NCBI GenBank assembly: GCA_044344255.1
Contig: JBIJDH010000005.1
Location: 256,001-320,000 of the forward strand
Source of the DNA: Myxococcota bacterium
Lineage (GTDB): Bacteria; Myxococcota_A; UBA796; UBA2385
Reading direction: 5' to 3'
DNA length: 64,000 nt
Positions 50,639-62,520 of this stretch are shown piece by piece. The translations under genes and the position numbers were made by a program. Each line of letters begins with the position of its first letter. Positions within the stretch are counted from its first letter, which is position 1. The notes below the pieces were generated by a model. That model saw nothing but the letters and a program-made list of their open reading frames with translations, did not search any database and was not told where the DNA came from.

Positions 50639-51309
50639 TCCTGCGTCTTGCTGACCGAGGCGACCCGGACGGTGGCCCCCTTCCGAATGACGAGCTCGCT
50701 CGCCCCCACCTCCGACCGCGGGTTGCCCCAGTCGTAGGTGTATCCGAGGCGGGTCCAAGGGTAGCCCTTGGCGCTGTAGCTCTGCGCCTGGAGCGCCTGC
50801 ATCCAGGCGCGGTGCTCGGGCGGGGTGTCGTCGGGGAAGGTGAGGGAGCAGCGCGGGTCGGTGATCTCGGCGTCGGGGCAAGGGCGGAAGAGATCGACCG
50901 GGGCGGCCTCAAGGACCACGAAGCGGTCCTTCTGGTCCTCCGGCGGCAGGCCGAGGAGCTGCTCCAGCCGCGTGTTGAGGGCCTCGCCGGTGAGGCCCCA
51001 CTTCTTGCATCGATCGTGGGTCTCGGGCACGACCGTCACCCAGACCTCTCGCGAGAGGGTGGTCTCCGCGCCGACCTGGCTGTCGTAACCATCCCAGTCT
51101 GTCCAGGTGACGAGCCGCACCCTCCCCGACTCGCCGACCCACTGCACGCGAGCGTCGTCGTGGGTGATCGCGACCAGCTCACCCGAGACCTCCCCGGGCT
51201 CGGCCACGGCGGCGTCGGCGATGGCCATCGCGTAGAAGGCCCGAGGTTCGGGGCGGCTCTTGCGGAGAGAGGGCTCTGGGTGTGCGCAGGCGAGGAGGAG
51301 GATCAGCAT
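50620..51309 (-). CDS. Hypothetical lipoprotein
   Basis: LLAC lipobox; 'RLEQLLGLPP', 'LFRPC', 'YPWTRLGYTYDW'. Confidence 0.7.
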   Translation of the reverse strand: MLILLLACAHPEPSLRKSRPEPRAFYAMAIADAAVAEPGEVSGELVAITHDDARVQWVGESGRVRLVTWTDWDGYDSQVGAETTLSREVWVTVVPETHDRCKKWGLTGEALNTRLEQLLGLPPEDQKDRFVVLEAAPVDLFRPCPDAEITDPRCSLTFPDDTPPEHRAWMQALQAQSYSAKGYPWTRLGYTYDWGNPRSEVGASELVIRKGATVRVASVSKTQDYCAAP

Positions 51310-51371
51310 GGGCGGGAGCATATCCCGCCGCCGCCCGCCGCCGCCCGCCGCCCCTCTCCGGCTGGAGCCCC

Positions 51372-52523
51372 TCAGGGGCGGAGCCGCTCGACGACGGCGG
51401 CGAGGGCGTCCACGGCGGACTCCCCGCATCGGGAGCAGCGCTCCGGTGACCACCCCTGCTCGGGGTCCGGGGCGTCGGCGTTGTCCTTGAACGGCATCTC
51501 GAGGGTGAAGGCGAGGGCGTCGAAGCGCTGGCTCACCTGGCTCGTGCACATCGTGAGGTTGGCCTGTCCGGGGGCGTCCGGCGGGTAGCCGTGGGCCCGC
51601 TGGACGTCGGGGCAGGCCCGCTCGTAGGCGTCGCGGAAGGCGAGGTCGAGGGCGGCGAGGCGGGGGCTCCAGCCCGGAGTGCCCTCTGCGCCGGCGAGGA
51701 ACACGTAGGGCAGCTCTTCATCGCCGTGGATGTCGAGGCAGAGGTCGAGCCCGGCCGCGTCCATCGCGTCGCGGACGTGCAGCACCTCGGGGCTCCGCGA
51801 CAGGGTGGGGGTCTCCCACTCGCGGTTGAGGTTGGCGCCCGCCGCGTTGCAGCGGAGGTGGCCGAGATAGCTGCCGTCGGGGTTCATGTGGGGGACCACA
51901 TGGAGCACCGCGCGGGTGAGGAGCCAGCGGGACAGGCTGTCGGTCGGGTCGAGCAGGCGGGAGAGGAAGCCCTCCATCCACCAGGAGGCCATGCTCTCGC
52001 CGGGGTGTTGGCGCCCGATGACCCAGATGACCCGCTTCCCCGCGCCGGGCTCGCCGATCACCACCCGGTCGAGGTCGCGGCCCTGCACCGTCGCGCCGAG
52101 GCGATCGACCCGGGCGCGGTCCGAGCGCTGGACCTGCCCGAGGAGCTCGGTGCAGCGGTCGAGGGAATAGGGGGCGAAGTAGCTGTACCAGACGACGTCG
52201 GCGGTGGGGGTGTCGCTGAAGATGAGCTCACCGCCCACGTACTCGGTGTCGACGCGGGTCCAGGTCTCGCGGTCGTCGGTCACACAGGCCCGATAGCCGG
52301 CCCAGGCGGGGGGATAGGAGCAGGCCGCCGCGTTCGTGAGGCGAAAGACGCAGGGGCGGCCTCGGGCCCCGGACACGCGGAAGTGGAACCACTGGCGGTG
52401 CTCCTCCCCGGCGTCCCAGCGGATGGCGAGGCGAAGCTCGGCGGGGGCGGTGCCCTCCGCGGGGAGGGGCTCGAGGACGTCGATGTTGCCGCTGTCGAAG
52501 GCGGTGGAGATGTGGAGGGCCAA
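51372..52523 (-). CDS. M14 family cytosolic-type zinc carboxypeptidase
   Basis: 'FDSGNI', 'QWFHF', 'YFAPYS', 'RQHPGE', 'NPDG', 'NLNR', 'DIHGDE', 'TLEMPFKD'. TTG start inferred. Confidence 0.9.
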   Translation of the reverse strand: MALHISTAFDSGNIDVLEPLPAEGTAPAELRLAIRWDAGEEHRQWFHFRVSGARGRPCVFRLTNAAACSYPPAWAGYRACVTDDRETWTRVDTEYVGGELIFSDTPTADVVWYSYFAPYSLDRCTELLGQVQRSDRARVDRLGATVQGRDLDRVVIGEPGAGKRVIWVIGRQHPGESMASWWMEGFLSRLLDPTDSLSRWLLTRAVLHVVPHMNPDGSYLGHLRCNAAGANLNREWETPTLSRSPEVLHVRDAMDAAGLDLCLDIHGDEELPYVFLAGAEGTPGWSPRLAALDLAFRDAYERACPDVQRAHGYPPDAPGQANLTMCTSQVSQRFDALAFTLEMPFKDNADAPDPEQGWSPERCSRCGESAVDALAAVVERLRP

Positions 52524-52692
52524 GAGGGCTCCAGGGCGGGAGGAGGAGACCAGGGGGGAGGCGCGGCGAGGGTGGAGGGTACACCCCGCCCCGCGGTTCC
52601 GGCAAGGGAGCCGACGGTGGCGAGCTCGTTCCAGTCGGGTAGAGCGAGCGCCAGTCTCGTGTCCCACGCCTGCTGCTCCGCTGGATGTCCCG

Positions 52693-53502
52693 ATGCCGCT
52701 GCTCCTCCCGCTGCTCCTCCCGCTGCTCCTCTCCCTGGTCACCGAGAGCCTCGCGGCCCCGGCCGCCCCGGCCGTCCCTGCAGCTCCCCCGGCGACCGCC
52801 GCGCCTGCCCTCTCCTCGGAGCCTGTCCGCCTCGCCGGTGCGACGGGCCCTATCGTGGTCACTGTCGTCTATCACGGCACCGTGCGCATCGAGGCCGGGG
52901 GGAAGGTCCTGTGGATCGACCCTTGGATCAAGGGCAATCTCGAGGGCCCCAAGGCCGACCTGCTGCTCATCACCGACATCCACGGTGATCACCTCGACAT
53001 GGACGCCATCGCGAAGGTGCGCAAGCCCGAGACCCTCGTGGTCGCCCCCGCCGCGGTGGCCGCCGCCCAGCCTCCGCTGAAGGTGGACCGTCCGTTGGCC
53101 AACGGCGAGTCCGCGGACCTCCTGGGCGTTCACATCGAGGCCGTGCCGATGTACAACCTCACGCGCGGGCCCTCGGCGGGGGCGCTCTTCCACGACAAGG
53201 GCCGCGGGGACGGCTATCTCCTCACGATCGACGGCAAGAAGATCTACATCGCAGGCGACTCCGAGTGTACGCCCGAGATGAAGGCCCTCCGGGGGGTCGA
53301 TCTCGCGCTCATCCCCATGAACCTGCCCTATACGATGCCCCCCGAGGAGGCGGCGGCCTGCGTGGCGGCCTTCAAGCCGCGTCAGGTGGTGCCCTATCAT
53401 TATTCAGGGAGTGACCTCAGCCTCTTCACCAAGGGCCTCGCGGGGGTCTCCGGGGTGGAGGTGGTGCTCCGAGAGGCCTATCTGGGCGGCCTGCCCTGGT
53501 GA
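52693..53502 (+). CDS. Secreted MBL-fold metallo-hydrolase
   Basis: Signal peptide; 'IDP', 'TDIHGDHLD', 'YIAGDS', 'PYHY'. Confidence 0.85.
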   Translation: MPLLLPLLLPLLLSLVTESLAAPAAPAVPAAPPATAAPALSSEPVRLAGATGPIVVTVVYHGTVRIEAGGKVLWIDPWIKGNLEGPKADLLLITDIHGDHLDMDAIAKVRKPETLVVAPAAVAAAQPPLKVDRPLANGESADLLGVHIEAVPMYNLTRGPSAGALFHDKGRGDGYLLTIDGKKIYIAGDSECTPEMKALRGVDLALIPMNLPYTMPPEEAAACVAAFKPRQVVPYHYSGSDLSLFTKGLAGVSGVEVVLREAYLGGLPW

Positions 53503-53567
53503 TGGCGCGCCCGGGTGACGGCGCAGGGGTCCGGCCCGTCGCGCGGCGGCCGGGTTAGCCTCGGCCG

Positions 53568-54242
53568 ATGAACGAGCTCATGCAGGCCATTGGCCCCTCG
53601 ACCTTCCTCTGGCCCGTGGCGGCCCTCGGCTTCCTCTCGGTGGCCATCGCGGTCGAGCGCTTCTTGTACCTGATCTTTCGGGCGTCGCTCTCCGCCAACG
53701 CCTTCATGGCCTCTGTGCAGAAGCTGGTGATGGCGGGCCAGATCGACCAGGCGATGGTGCTCTGCTTGAACGCCCCCGAGGCTCCCGTGGCCAACGTGGT
53801 GCGCGCGGCTTTGCTGCACGCCGACGGCTCTCGGGAAGACCTCCACCTCGCCGTCGATCAGGCCGCCGCGGAGGCCGTCCCCGCCGTTCAGCTCCGCCTC
53901 GGTTGGCTCACGACCTTCGCCAACGTGGCCACCCTCTTCGGCCTCCTGGGCACCATCGTGGGCCTCATGCAGTCCTTCGAGGCCGTCTCCCACGCCGAGG
54001 CCTCCCAGCGCCAGGAGCTCCTCGCGGGCGGCATCTCGCTGGCCATGCAGACCACCGCCAGCGGCATCGCGGTCGCCATCCCGGCGCTCCTCGCCTACTC
54101 CTTCCTCGCGCAGCGGGCGAACGGGGTGCTCGATGACGTGGAGCGCTGCGGGCTCAAGATGGAGATGCTGCTCCTCAGCCGGCAGCAGACCCTGCGCGAG
54201 GGCCGATCCGCCTCGCCGCCCGCGGCCGCCGAGGCGGAGTGA
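53568..54242 (+). CDS. MotA/TolQ/ExbB proton channel protein
   Basis: 'ANVATLFGLLGTIVGL', 'GISLAMQTTASGIAVAIP'. Confidence 0.92.
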   Translation: MNELMQAIGPSTFLWPVAALGFLSVAIAVERFLYLIFRASLSANAFMASVQKLVMAGQIDQAMVLCLNAPEAPVANVVRAALLHADGSREDLHLAVDQAAAEAVPAVQLRLGWLTTFANVATLFGLLGTIVGLMQSFEAVSHAEASQRQELLAGGISLAMQTTASGIAVAIPALLAYSFLAQRANGVLDDVERCGLKMEMLLLSRQQTLREGRSASPPAAAEAE

Positions 54243-54712
54243 TGTCGGGCCGCTCCCGACTCAACGTCGCGCCCGCCGAGCTCATCCTCGTGCCGCTGCT
54301 GGACATGATCTCCCTGCTCGTGCAGGTGCTGCTGCTCAACATCCAGTTCGGGGTCTTCGCCGAGCTCCCGGCCCGACAGGCCGGTGCGGGCGGCGCCGAG
54401 GGCGAGGCCGACCTGGCGCTCACCATCGACATCGAGGCCCGCGGCTTCGCGCTGCGCTGGAATGAGGCGGGGGGCGCGCGCGCCGAGCTCCTGCCCTGTG
54501 TCGATCCCTGTCGGGCGGTCGAGCACTTCCCCTACGCCCGCCTGGGGGAGGTCCTCTCGGCGATCAAGGAGCAGCACCCCGCCGAGCAGCGTGTGCTGGT
54601 GCGGCCCCTCGTCGATCTGCCCTTTGAGGTCATCGCCCGCACGATGGACGAGGCGCGCGGCGGCGGCGGCCAGGGGCGCTTCACCGACGTTGGGCTGGGG
54701 GGCCGGCCGTGA
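54239..54712 (+). CDS. ExbD/TolR family protein
   Basis: 'LVPLLDMISLL' TM with conserved Asp; 'FEVIARTMD'. Confidence 0.85.
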   Translation: MMSGRSRLNVAPAELILVPLLDMISLLVQVLLLNIQFGVFAELPARQAGAGGAEGEADLALTIDIEARGFALRWNEAGGARAELLPCVDPCRAVEHFPYARLGEVLSAIKEQHPAEQRVLVRPLVDLPFEVIARTMDEARGGGGQGRFTDVGLGGRP

Positions 54713-55203
54713 GCGCGCTGCGGAGCCGGCGGTCGGGGCGGCGCGGCCGCCGGATGGAGACCGACTCCGAGCTCCTGCTGGCCGCGATGGTCGACATGAT
54801 GGTCAACGTGCTTCTCTTCCTCCTCACGCTCTATGGCACATCGCCGGGCTCGGAGGCCGGTGAGCTGGAGCTGCCGGGGGCGCGGTCGGAGGCGCCCCTC
54901 GTGGCCACCGTGCACCTCACGGTCACGCCGCAGGTGGTCGCCGTCGACGGCAAGACGGCGCTCGCGCTCCGGGCCTCGCCGGAGGGCCCGCGCCTGCCCG
55001 AGCGGGTGGAGCTCGACACGCTGCTCAACCTGCTCGCCACGCGGCGCGGAGCGGGAGAGAGCCCGCCGCCCCTCGCCGTCGAGGTGGACCGCCGCGTGCC
55101 CTGGACCACGCTCGAGCCCCTGCTCGATGTGGCCGGACAGGCCGGCTTCTCGGACCTCCGCTTCGTCACCACCAGCCTGAGCGTGGTCGGCGCGCCCGGC
55201 TGA
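54709..55203 (+). CDS. ExbD/TolR family protein
   Basis: 'AMVDMMVNVLLFLL', 'LP', 'VDRRVPW', 'AGF'. Confidence 0.85.
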   Translation: MSALRSRRSGRRGRRMETDSELLLAAMVDMMVNVLLFLLTLYGTSPGSEAGELELPGARSEAPLVATVHLTVTPQVVAVDGKTALALRASPEGPRLPERVELDTLLNLLATRRGAGESPPPLAVEVDRRVPWTTLEPLLDVAGQAGFSDLRFVTTSLSVVGAPG

Positions 55204-55232
55204 GCGGCGGCCGGCCCTGTCCGGCGCCTCGG

Positions 55233-56588
55233 TTATTCGGCGGCGACCCAGGCTCGGATCTCATCGGGCCGCTGGGCCACCCACTCCCGCACGCAGTTGA
55301 CGTGTCGGTCATAGTCGCTGAGGCTGTAATATTTGTGGCTGTCGCTCTCGACCTCGGCGCGGAGCAGGTCATTGAGGAAGTCTACCTGCCCCACAGGGTC
55401 GGCCGCCTCCCAGACCTCGTTGAGACGGCTGAGCTCGGCGACGAAGTCGGCGCGGCAGGTGGCGCTGGCGAGGCACTTCTTGGCGAGCACCCCCTCGGTG
55501 TAGGTGCCGGGATCGACGCCGTGGCGGCCGCACTCGTCGTAGCTCCAGGGCCGCCAGCCGTAGTCGAGGTCCATCGACTGGGGGAGGAAGGTCCATCGGT
55601 CGGCGGTGGGGTCGTGATAGATGTGGTAATTGGAGCGGTCATAGGCGTATCCGTCCCAATGGGCGATGAGGGCGTCCATCGCCATGCTGCGGATGAACAG
55701 CTCCCAGTCGAGCTGCTCCTGCATCGCCGCCTCCCAGTCGGCCCCGCTGAGCTCGGAGGCGGCGACGAGGGCGTCAAAGGCGTCGTCGTGGCCCTCATCG
55801 TACTCCTCGGTCTCGAAGCAGCGGCTGTTGGTGAAGTCGCAGTCTTCGCCCCCGTTCTCGTAGAGGTTGCCGTTGGGATCTGCGAACCAGGCCTCGAGCA
55901 GGTCGTCGTTGATGGCCTCGACGGCGGTGTAGAGGCCGTAATCTTCGCCGTTGAGGGTGAGGCGGACGTAGCCGGCCCGGGAGGCGGGGAGGCCGGCCTC
56001 GCGGAGGGTGCGATAGGAGCGCACCTCGGACATCATGCTGGGGTCGATGAGCTGGTTGTGCAGGTTGAATTTCTTGTGCCCCATGAATTCCTGGCCGGGC
56101 ACATAGAGGTTGACGTCGACCTTGAGGGAGGGCTTGTCGTCGATGCTGGACGAGGTGCTCGAGCCCTTGATGTGAATGGCCACGCTCCAGCGCTGATCGC
56201 CGTAGAGGAGCTCGGCGGGCACGTAGCTGTCGGGGTCGTGGCGGAGGTCGGACCAGGCGTCACCGTCGAGCTCGAAGGCGAGGGGGGTGATGGTGTCTTC
56301 GGAGAAGAGCACGTCGGGGACGTCGTCGGTGGCCACGAAGGGGGACTCGGGCAGGGCCTCGAGGGGGGAGTCGGTGGCGACCGCGCTCCCGTCGCTGCCG
56401 TCCGTCCCGTCGGCGCCGTCGCCGGTGCCGCCGTCTGTGCCGCCGTCTGTGGCGCCGTCTGTGCCGCCATCCGTCCCGGCGTCCCCTCCCGCCTTCGAGC
56501 CGCCCAGCGACAGGTGGCCGCTGGAGCAGGCGGAGAGGGCGAGCGCCGCGCTGAGGAGGGGGATCAGGGGGACGGTGCGGAGGAACAT
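55233..56588 (-). CDS. CotH kinase family lipoprotein
   Basis: LSAC lipobox, DGGTDG linker, 'IKGS', 'KPSLKVD', 'YGLY..VE', 'HWDGY', 'NY.IY', 'DLDY'. Confidence 0.82.
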   Translation of the reverse strand: MFLRTVPLIPLLSAALALSACSSGHLSLGGSKAGGDAGTDGGTDGATDGGTDGGTGDGADGTDGSDGSAVATDSPLEALPESPFVATDDVPDVLFSEDTITPLAFELDGDAWSDLRHDPDSYVPAELLYGDQRWSVAIHIKGSSTSSSIDDKPSLKVDVNLYVPGQEFMGHKKFNLHNQLIDPSMMSEVRSYRTLREAGLPASRAGYVRLTLNGEDYGLYTAVEAINDDLLEAWFADPNGNLYENGGEDCDFTNSRCFETEEYDEGHDDAFDALVAASELSGADWEAAMQEQLDWELFIRSMAMDALIAHWDGYAYDRSNYHIYHDPTADRWTFLPQSMDLDYGWRPWSYDECGRHGVDPGTYTEGVLAKKCLASATCRADFVAELSRLNEVWEAADPVGQVDFLNDLLRAEVESDSHKYYSLSDYDRHVNCVREWVAQRPDEIRAWVAAE

Positions 56589-56668
56589 CGGGGCTCCGGG
56601 CGCGTTCGGCGCCGAGCGCACACTCTACCGCTCTCGGGCGCGCCTGCGGGGCCCGCGGGCGGGCGGGG

Positions 56669-57145
56669 TCAGGAGGGGCCGCCCTCGCGGTAGATCGGCA
56701 GCCCGCGCCGGCTGTGGTGCTCGAAGATGATCGCCGTCTCGATGTGGCCGACCTCGGGGCGGGAGGCGATTCGGTCCCAGGAGAGGTCGCGGAGGTGGGC
56801 CACGTCGCGGACGGCGACGTGGACGAGGAAGTCGTCGGCCCCCGACACGTTGTAGAAGGCCACCACCTCCTCTTGCAGCACGAGGAAGTCGCGGAGGGAG
56901 CGCGCGGCGCTCTGGCCGTGGTCGCGCATCCGCAGGGAGATCATGGCCTGGATCCCCACGCCGATGGCCGCAGGGTCGAGCAGGGCGTGGACGCCGCGCA
57001 GGACCCCGGCCTCGCGCAGGCGCCGCACCCGCGTCAGGCAGCTCGACGCGGCCAGGCCGACATCCGCGGCGAGCTCCTTGTTGGACAGCCGACCATCCTT
57101 CTGTAGAGCGTCGAGGATGGCGAAGTCGATTCGGTCCAGGTCCAT
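56669..57145 (-). CDS. Lrp/AsnC family transcriptional regulator
   Basis: 'LDRIDFAIL..LQKDGRLSNKELA..VGL..SSCL.RVRRL'; divergent from the exporter. Confidence 0.93.
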   Translation of the reverse strand: MDLDRIDFAILDALQKDGRLSNKELAADVGLAASSCLTRVRRLREAGVLRGVHALLDPAAIGVGIQAMISLRMRDHGQSAARSLRDFLVLQEEVVAFYNVSGADDFLVHVAVRDVAHLRDLSWDRIASRPEVGHIETAIIFEHHSRRGLPIYREGGPS

Positions 57146-57211
57146 CGTGGGGGGCTCCTTCCGCAATCAATTCGGTTGCCGGCGGGTGGCTGGGAATCCT
57201 ATGGATATAGC

Positions 57212-58468
57212 ATGGCAAAGTACCCGAACATCCTGCTGATGGAAGACCGGTCGAAGGCCGAGGCCCTGCTCGTCGAGCTCGGCCGCGCCCTGCACGCGGC
57301 GGGGGCCTCTTCGGGGCGGGTGGAGGCGGCGGTGACCGAGGTGGCGGCCGGCTGGGGCCTCCCCGTCGACGCGCTCGCCACGCCCACCTCGCTCCAGCTC
57401 GCCTTCGGGGCGCCCGGGCCGCAGCGGCTCAACCTCTCTCGGCTCCAGCCGGGGGGGATCGCCCTCGGTCGGCTCGTCACCCTGGAGGCGCTGGTGCGGC
57501 GGGCGGCGCAGGGAGAGGGGCCCCAGGCGCTCCGTGCCACGCTGGACCGCCTCCACGCCCAGCCCGCGCAGTGGGGAGCCCTCGCCTCCCTCCTCGCCGC
57601 CACGGTGCTCGGCGGCGCGGCGGCGGCCTCCTTCGGGGCCAGCCTGCCGGGGGTGGAGCTCGGCGCCGGGGTGAGCCTCGCCGTGGCCGCGCTCGAGCGC
57701 CTCGCCCAGCGTCGGCCCGCGGCCGCCCGCCTCACCCCCCTCGCGGGCGCCGCGCTGGCCACGCTGCTCTCCGTGCTCGGGGCCCGCGCCCTCGGTCTGC
57801 CCACAGCCTGGCCCTCGCTGCTCGGCGGCCTCATTCAGCTCGCGCCGGGCTACACCTTCACGGTGGCGGCCACGGAGCTCGCCGAGTCTGAGCTCGTCGC
57901 CGGCACGGCCCGCCTCGGCGCCGCCCTCTCCACCTTTCTCCAGCTCAGCGTCGGCCTCGCGGCCACCGCCTCGGCCTTGGAGGCCTGGCCGCTGCTCTCG
58001 CCGGCCGGCCCGGCGGCGGCGGGCGTGGCTTGGGGGGCGGCGGCGGCCGTGGGCCTCGCCTATGGGGTGCTCCTTCAGGCGGCGCCGCGGGACACGCGCC
58101 TCGTCTTCCTTGGGGCCTTGGGCGGGCAGGCCGCCTCAGAGCTCGGTGACTGGATCGGCTCGGGCGCCTGGGCCCCCTTCGTGGCGGCGGCCGGCCTCTC
58201 CCTCGGCAGCGAGCTCGCCGGGCGGCTCACCCGTCGGCCGAGCGCCCTCTTCCTCGTCCCCTCGCTCCTCGCGCTCGTCCCAGGCGGCGCGGGCATCGGC
58301 GGCCTGTCGCGGGTGCTGCACGCCGAGCCGGGCGGGGGCGCCGCCGCGATCGGCGCGGTGGTGGCCGCGATCTCCCTCTCGACGGGGGTGCTCCTCGGGC
58401 AGCTCCTCGCGGGTGGGCTGCGGGGTGGCGCGCGGCCGCCGCTTGACCTCTCGGGGGAGCGTGTCTAA
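57212..58468 (+). CDS. Threonine/serine exporter (ThrE) family protein
   Basis: 'LGRALH..G....RVE', 'LAPG', 'GTARL', 'LVPG'; about 10 TMs. Start may be 57239. Confidence 0.8.
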   Translation: MAKYPNILLMEDRSKAEALLVELGRALHAAGASSGRVEAAVTEVAAGWGLPVDALATPTSLQLAFGAPGPQRLNLSRLQPGGIALGRLVTLEALVRRAAQGEGPQALRATLDRLHAQPAQWGALASLLAATVLGGAAAASFGASLPGVELGAGVSLAVAALERLAQRRPAAARLTPLAGAALATLLSVLGARALGLPTAWPSLLGGLIQLAPGYTFTVAATELAESELVAGTARLGAALSTFLQLSVGLAATASALEAWPLLSPAGPAAAGVAWGAAAAVGLAYGVLLQAAPRDTRLVFLGALGGQAASELGDWIGSGAWAPFVAAAGLSLGSELAGRLTRRPSALFLVPSLLALVPGGAGIGGLSRVLHAEPGGGAAAIGAVVAAISLSTGVLLGQLLAGGLRGGARPPLDLSGERV

Positions 58469-58551
58469 GCCTTGAAGGTCCCTGCCTGTGTCTGTCCGGG
58501 CAAGGAGTCGGTCTTCAACAGGCCCGGGGAATAGCCCGGAAAGGACGCGCC

Positions 58552-60951
<2,400 letters not shown>

Positions 60952-60959
60952 GGCGTTGG

Positions 60960-60992
60960 GCGCAGGGGACGGGCGGCGCCCATTCCCTGCGC
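60960..60992 (+). terminator. GC-rich hairpin after lon
   Basis: GCGCAGGG..GGGCG/CGCCC..CCCTGCGC inverted repeat 9 bp after the stop; no U-tract. Confidence 0.4.
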
Positions 60993-61215
60993 GTCGTCAT
61001 GCGAAAGGGGGGCTCCTCCGCATGTTCTGGTTGGACCGGCCCACCGGTCTGGGCTAATCGGTTGGCCGGATCGGAGGTAGACGGAGAGGGAGACCTCGCC
61101 CGTTGCCTCGAGGTCACCCTGTGCCGCGGAACGTCTCCCCTGTCGCTGGTCCCTGTCGGACGGCTCAGCGCCCCCTCTCGGGGCGACCGTCCTCGTGTGC
61201 TCGGATCGGAGACAG

Positions 61216-62520
61216 ATGCGATCATTCGGGCTCGGCTCCCTCTTGCTGTCCTGCCTGCTGGGGGCCGGCCCCGCCCGGGCCGAGGCCCCCCTCGAGGTTC
61301 GGCGCTCTCCCGCGCGGCTCAACGTGCGGGCCACCGCGGCCCTCGACGGCGCGCTCATCGGTCAGATCGAGCTCGGCGTGCCCTTCAGCGTCTTCGCGCG
61401 CGTGGCGGGAGAGGGCTGCGGGGGCGACGGCTGGGGGCGCGTCGAGGCCGGCGGCTTCGCCTGTCTGGACGGCGCGGGCTTCGCGCTCGACGCCCCGGCT
61501 GACCTCCCGGCGCTGATCGACTTCAACGCGCCCTCCCCCTCGGAGATCGAGGCCTATGAGGAGACGGGTCAATACTCTGGGCGCACCCGCTCACCGATGT
61601 TGCCCTACATCTACGGCAAGCGCGCGGGCCGCTGGGGCGGCGCGGTGTGGGCGAGCGAGGCGGACTGGCTGACCGGGGCGCCGTCGGTCGATCGGCTCGA
61701 CGCTCGGCACGCCTACAGCTTCGTCTCGGTCATCGAGACGGTGAAGGGGCGGGCCTTCCTGCGGGCGAACGGGAGCCTCGTCCCCGAGGCGGAGCTCTAT
61801 CTCTTCCCCCTCACCGAATTTCACGGGCGTGACCTCGCCGCGCGCCCCATTCGGGAGGGCACGGTGGCCGCCTGGGTGGTGGCCGAGAGCGGGGCCCGCC
61901 TGCGGGACAAGCCCTCGGTCATGGGCGAGGAGATCGGGCGGCTGCCTTATCAGAGCGAGCTCGAGCTGGAGGCGCGGCCGGTGGGCGAAGGCCGGTGGTG
62001 GGAGATCGCCGAGGCCCTCGGCCCGGGTCGCTCCGGCTACGTGAGCGGGATCGGCCTCGCGCGGATCCACGCCGCCCCGCGGCCGGCCGAGGTTGGCCCG
62101 GAGGAGCGCTGGGTCGACATCAACCTCGATCAGCAGACGATGGCGCTGATGCGCGGCGAGGTCCCCCTCTTCGTGACCCTCATCTCCTCGGGGGTCACCG
62201 CCCATGACACGCCGCGGGGCACCTTTCGGGTGACCGACAAGCAGGTCACGAATGACATGAGCAGCCTGAGCGGGTCGCGAGAGCGGTACATGGTGGAGGA
62301 TGTGCCGTGGGTCGTCCACTTCAAGCCCCGGTACGCCATCCACACCGCCTTCTGGCACTGGGATCTGGGCCACAAGACCAGCCATGGCTGCGTGAACCTG
62401 TCCCCAAAGGACGCCCGCACCGTGTTCAACTGGGTCGAGCCGGTCTTACCGCCCGGCTTTCACAGCGTCCAGGCCTCACCGGACTCGCCGGGGATGGTGG
62501 TGCGGATCCGAGCCCGGTGA
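61216..62520 (+). CDS. L,D-transpeptidase with SH3-like domains
   Basis: Signal peptide; 'LNVRA', 'RLRDKP'; 'DINLDQQ', 'TPRGTF', 'AIH...SHGCVNL'. Confidence 0.88.
   Translation: MRSFGLGSLLLSCLLGAGPARAEAPLEVRRSPARLNVRATAALDGALIGQIELGVPFSVFARVAGEGCGGDGWGRVEAGGFACLDGAGFALDAPADLPALIDFNAPSPSEIEAYEETGQYSGRTRSPMLPYIYGKRAGRWGGAVWASEADWLTGAPSVDRLDARHAYSFVSVIETVKGRAFLRANGSLVPEAELYLFPLTEFHGRDLAARPIREGTVAAWVVAESGARLRDKPSVMGEEIGRLPYQSELELEARPVGEGRWWEIAEALGPGRSGYVSGIGLARIHAAPRPAEVGPEERWVDINLDQQTMALMRGEVPLFVTLISSGVTAHDTPRGTFRVTDKQVTNDMSSLSGSRERYMVEDVPWVVHFKPRYAIHTAFWHWDLGHKTSHGCVNLSPKDARTVFNWVEPVLPPGFHSVQASPDSPGMVVRIRAR

Noticed and set aside
58466..58551. Sigma-32 promoter for lon (CTTGAA at ~58471)
   Set aside because: No CCCCAT-like -10 at the expected spacing.
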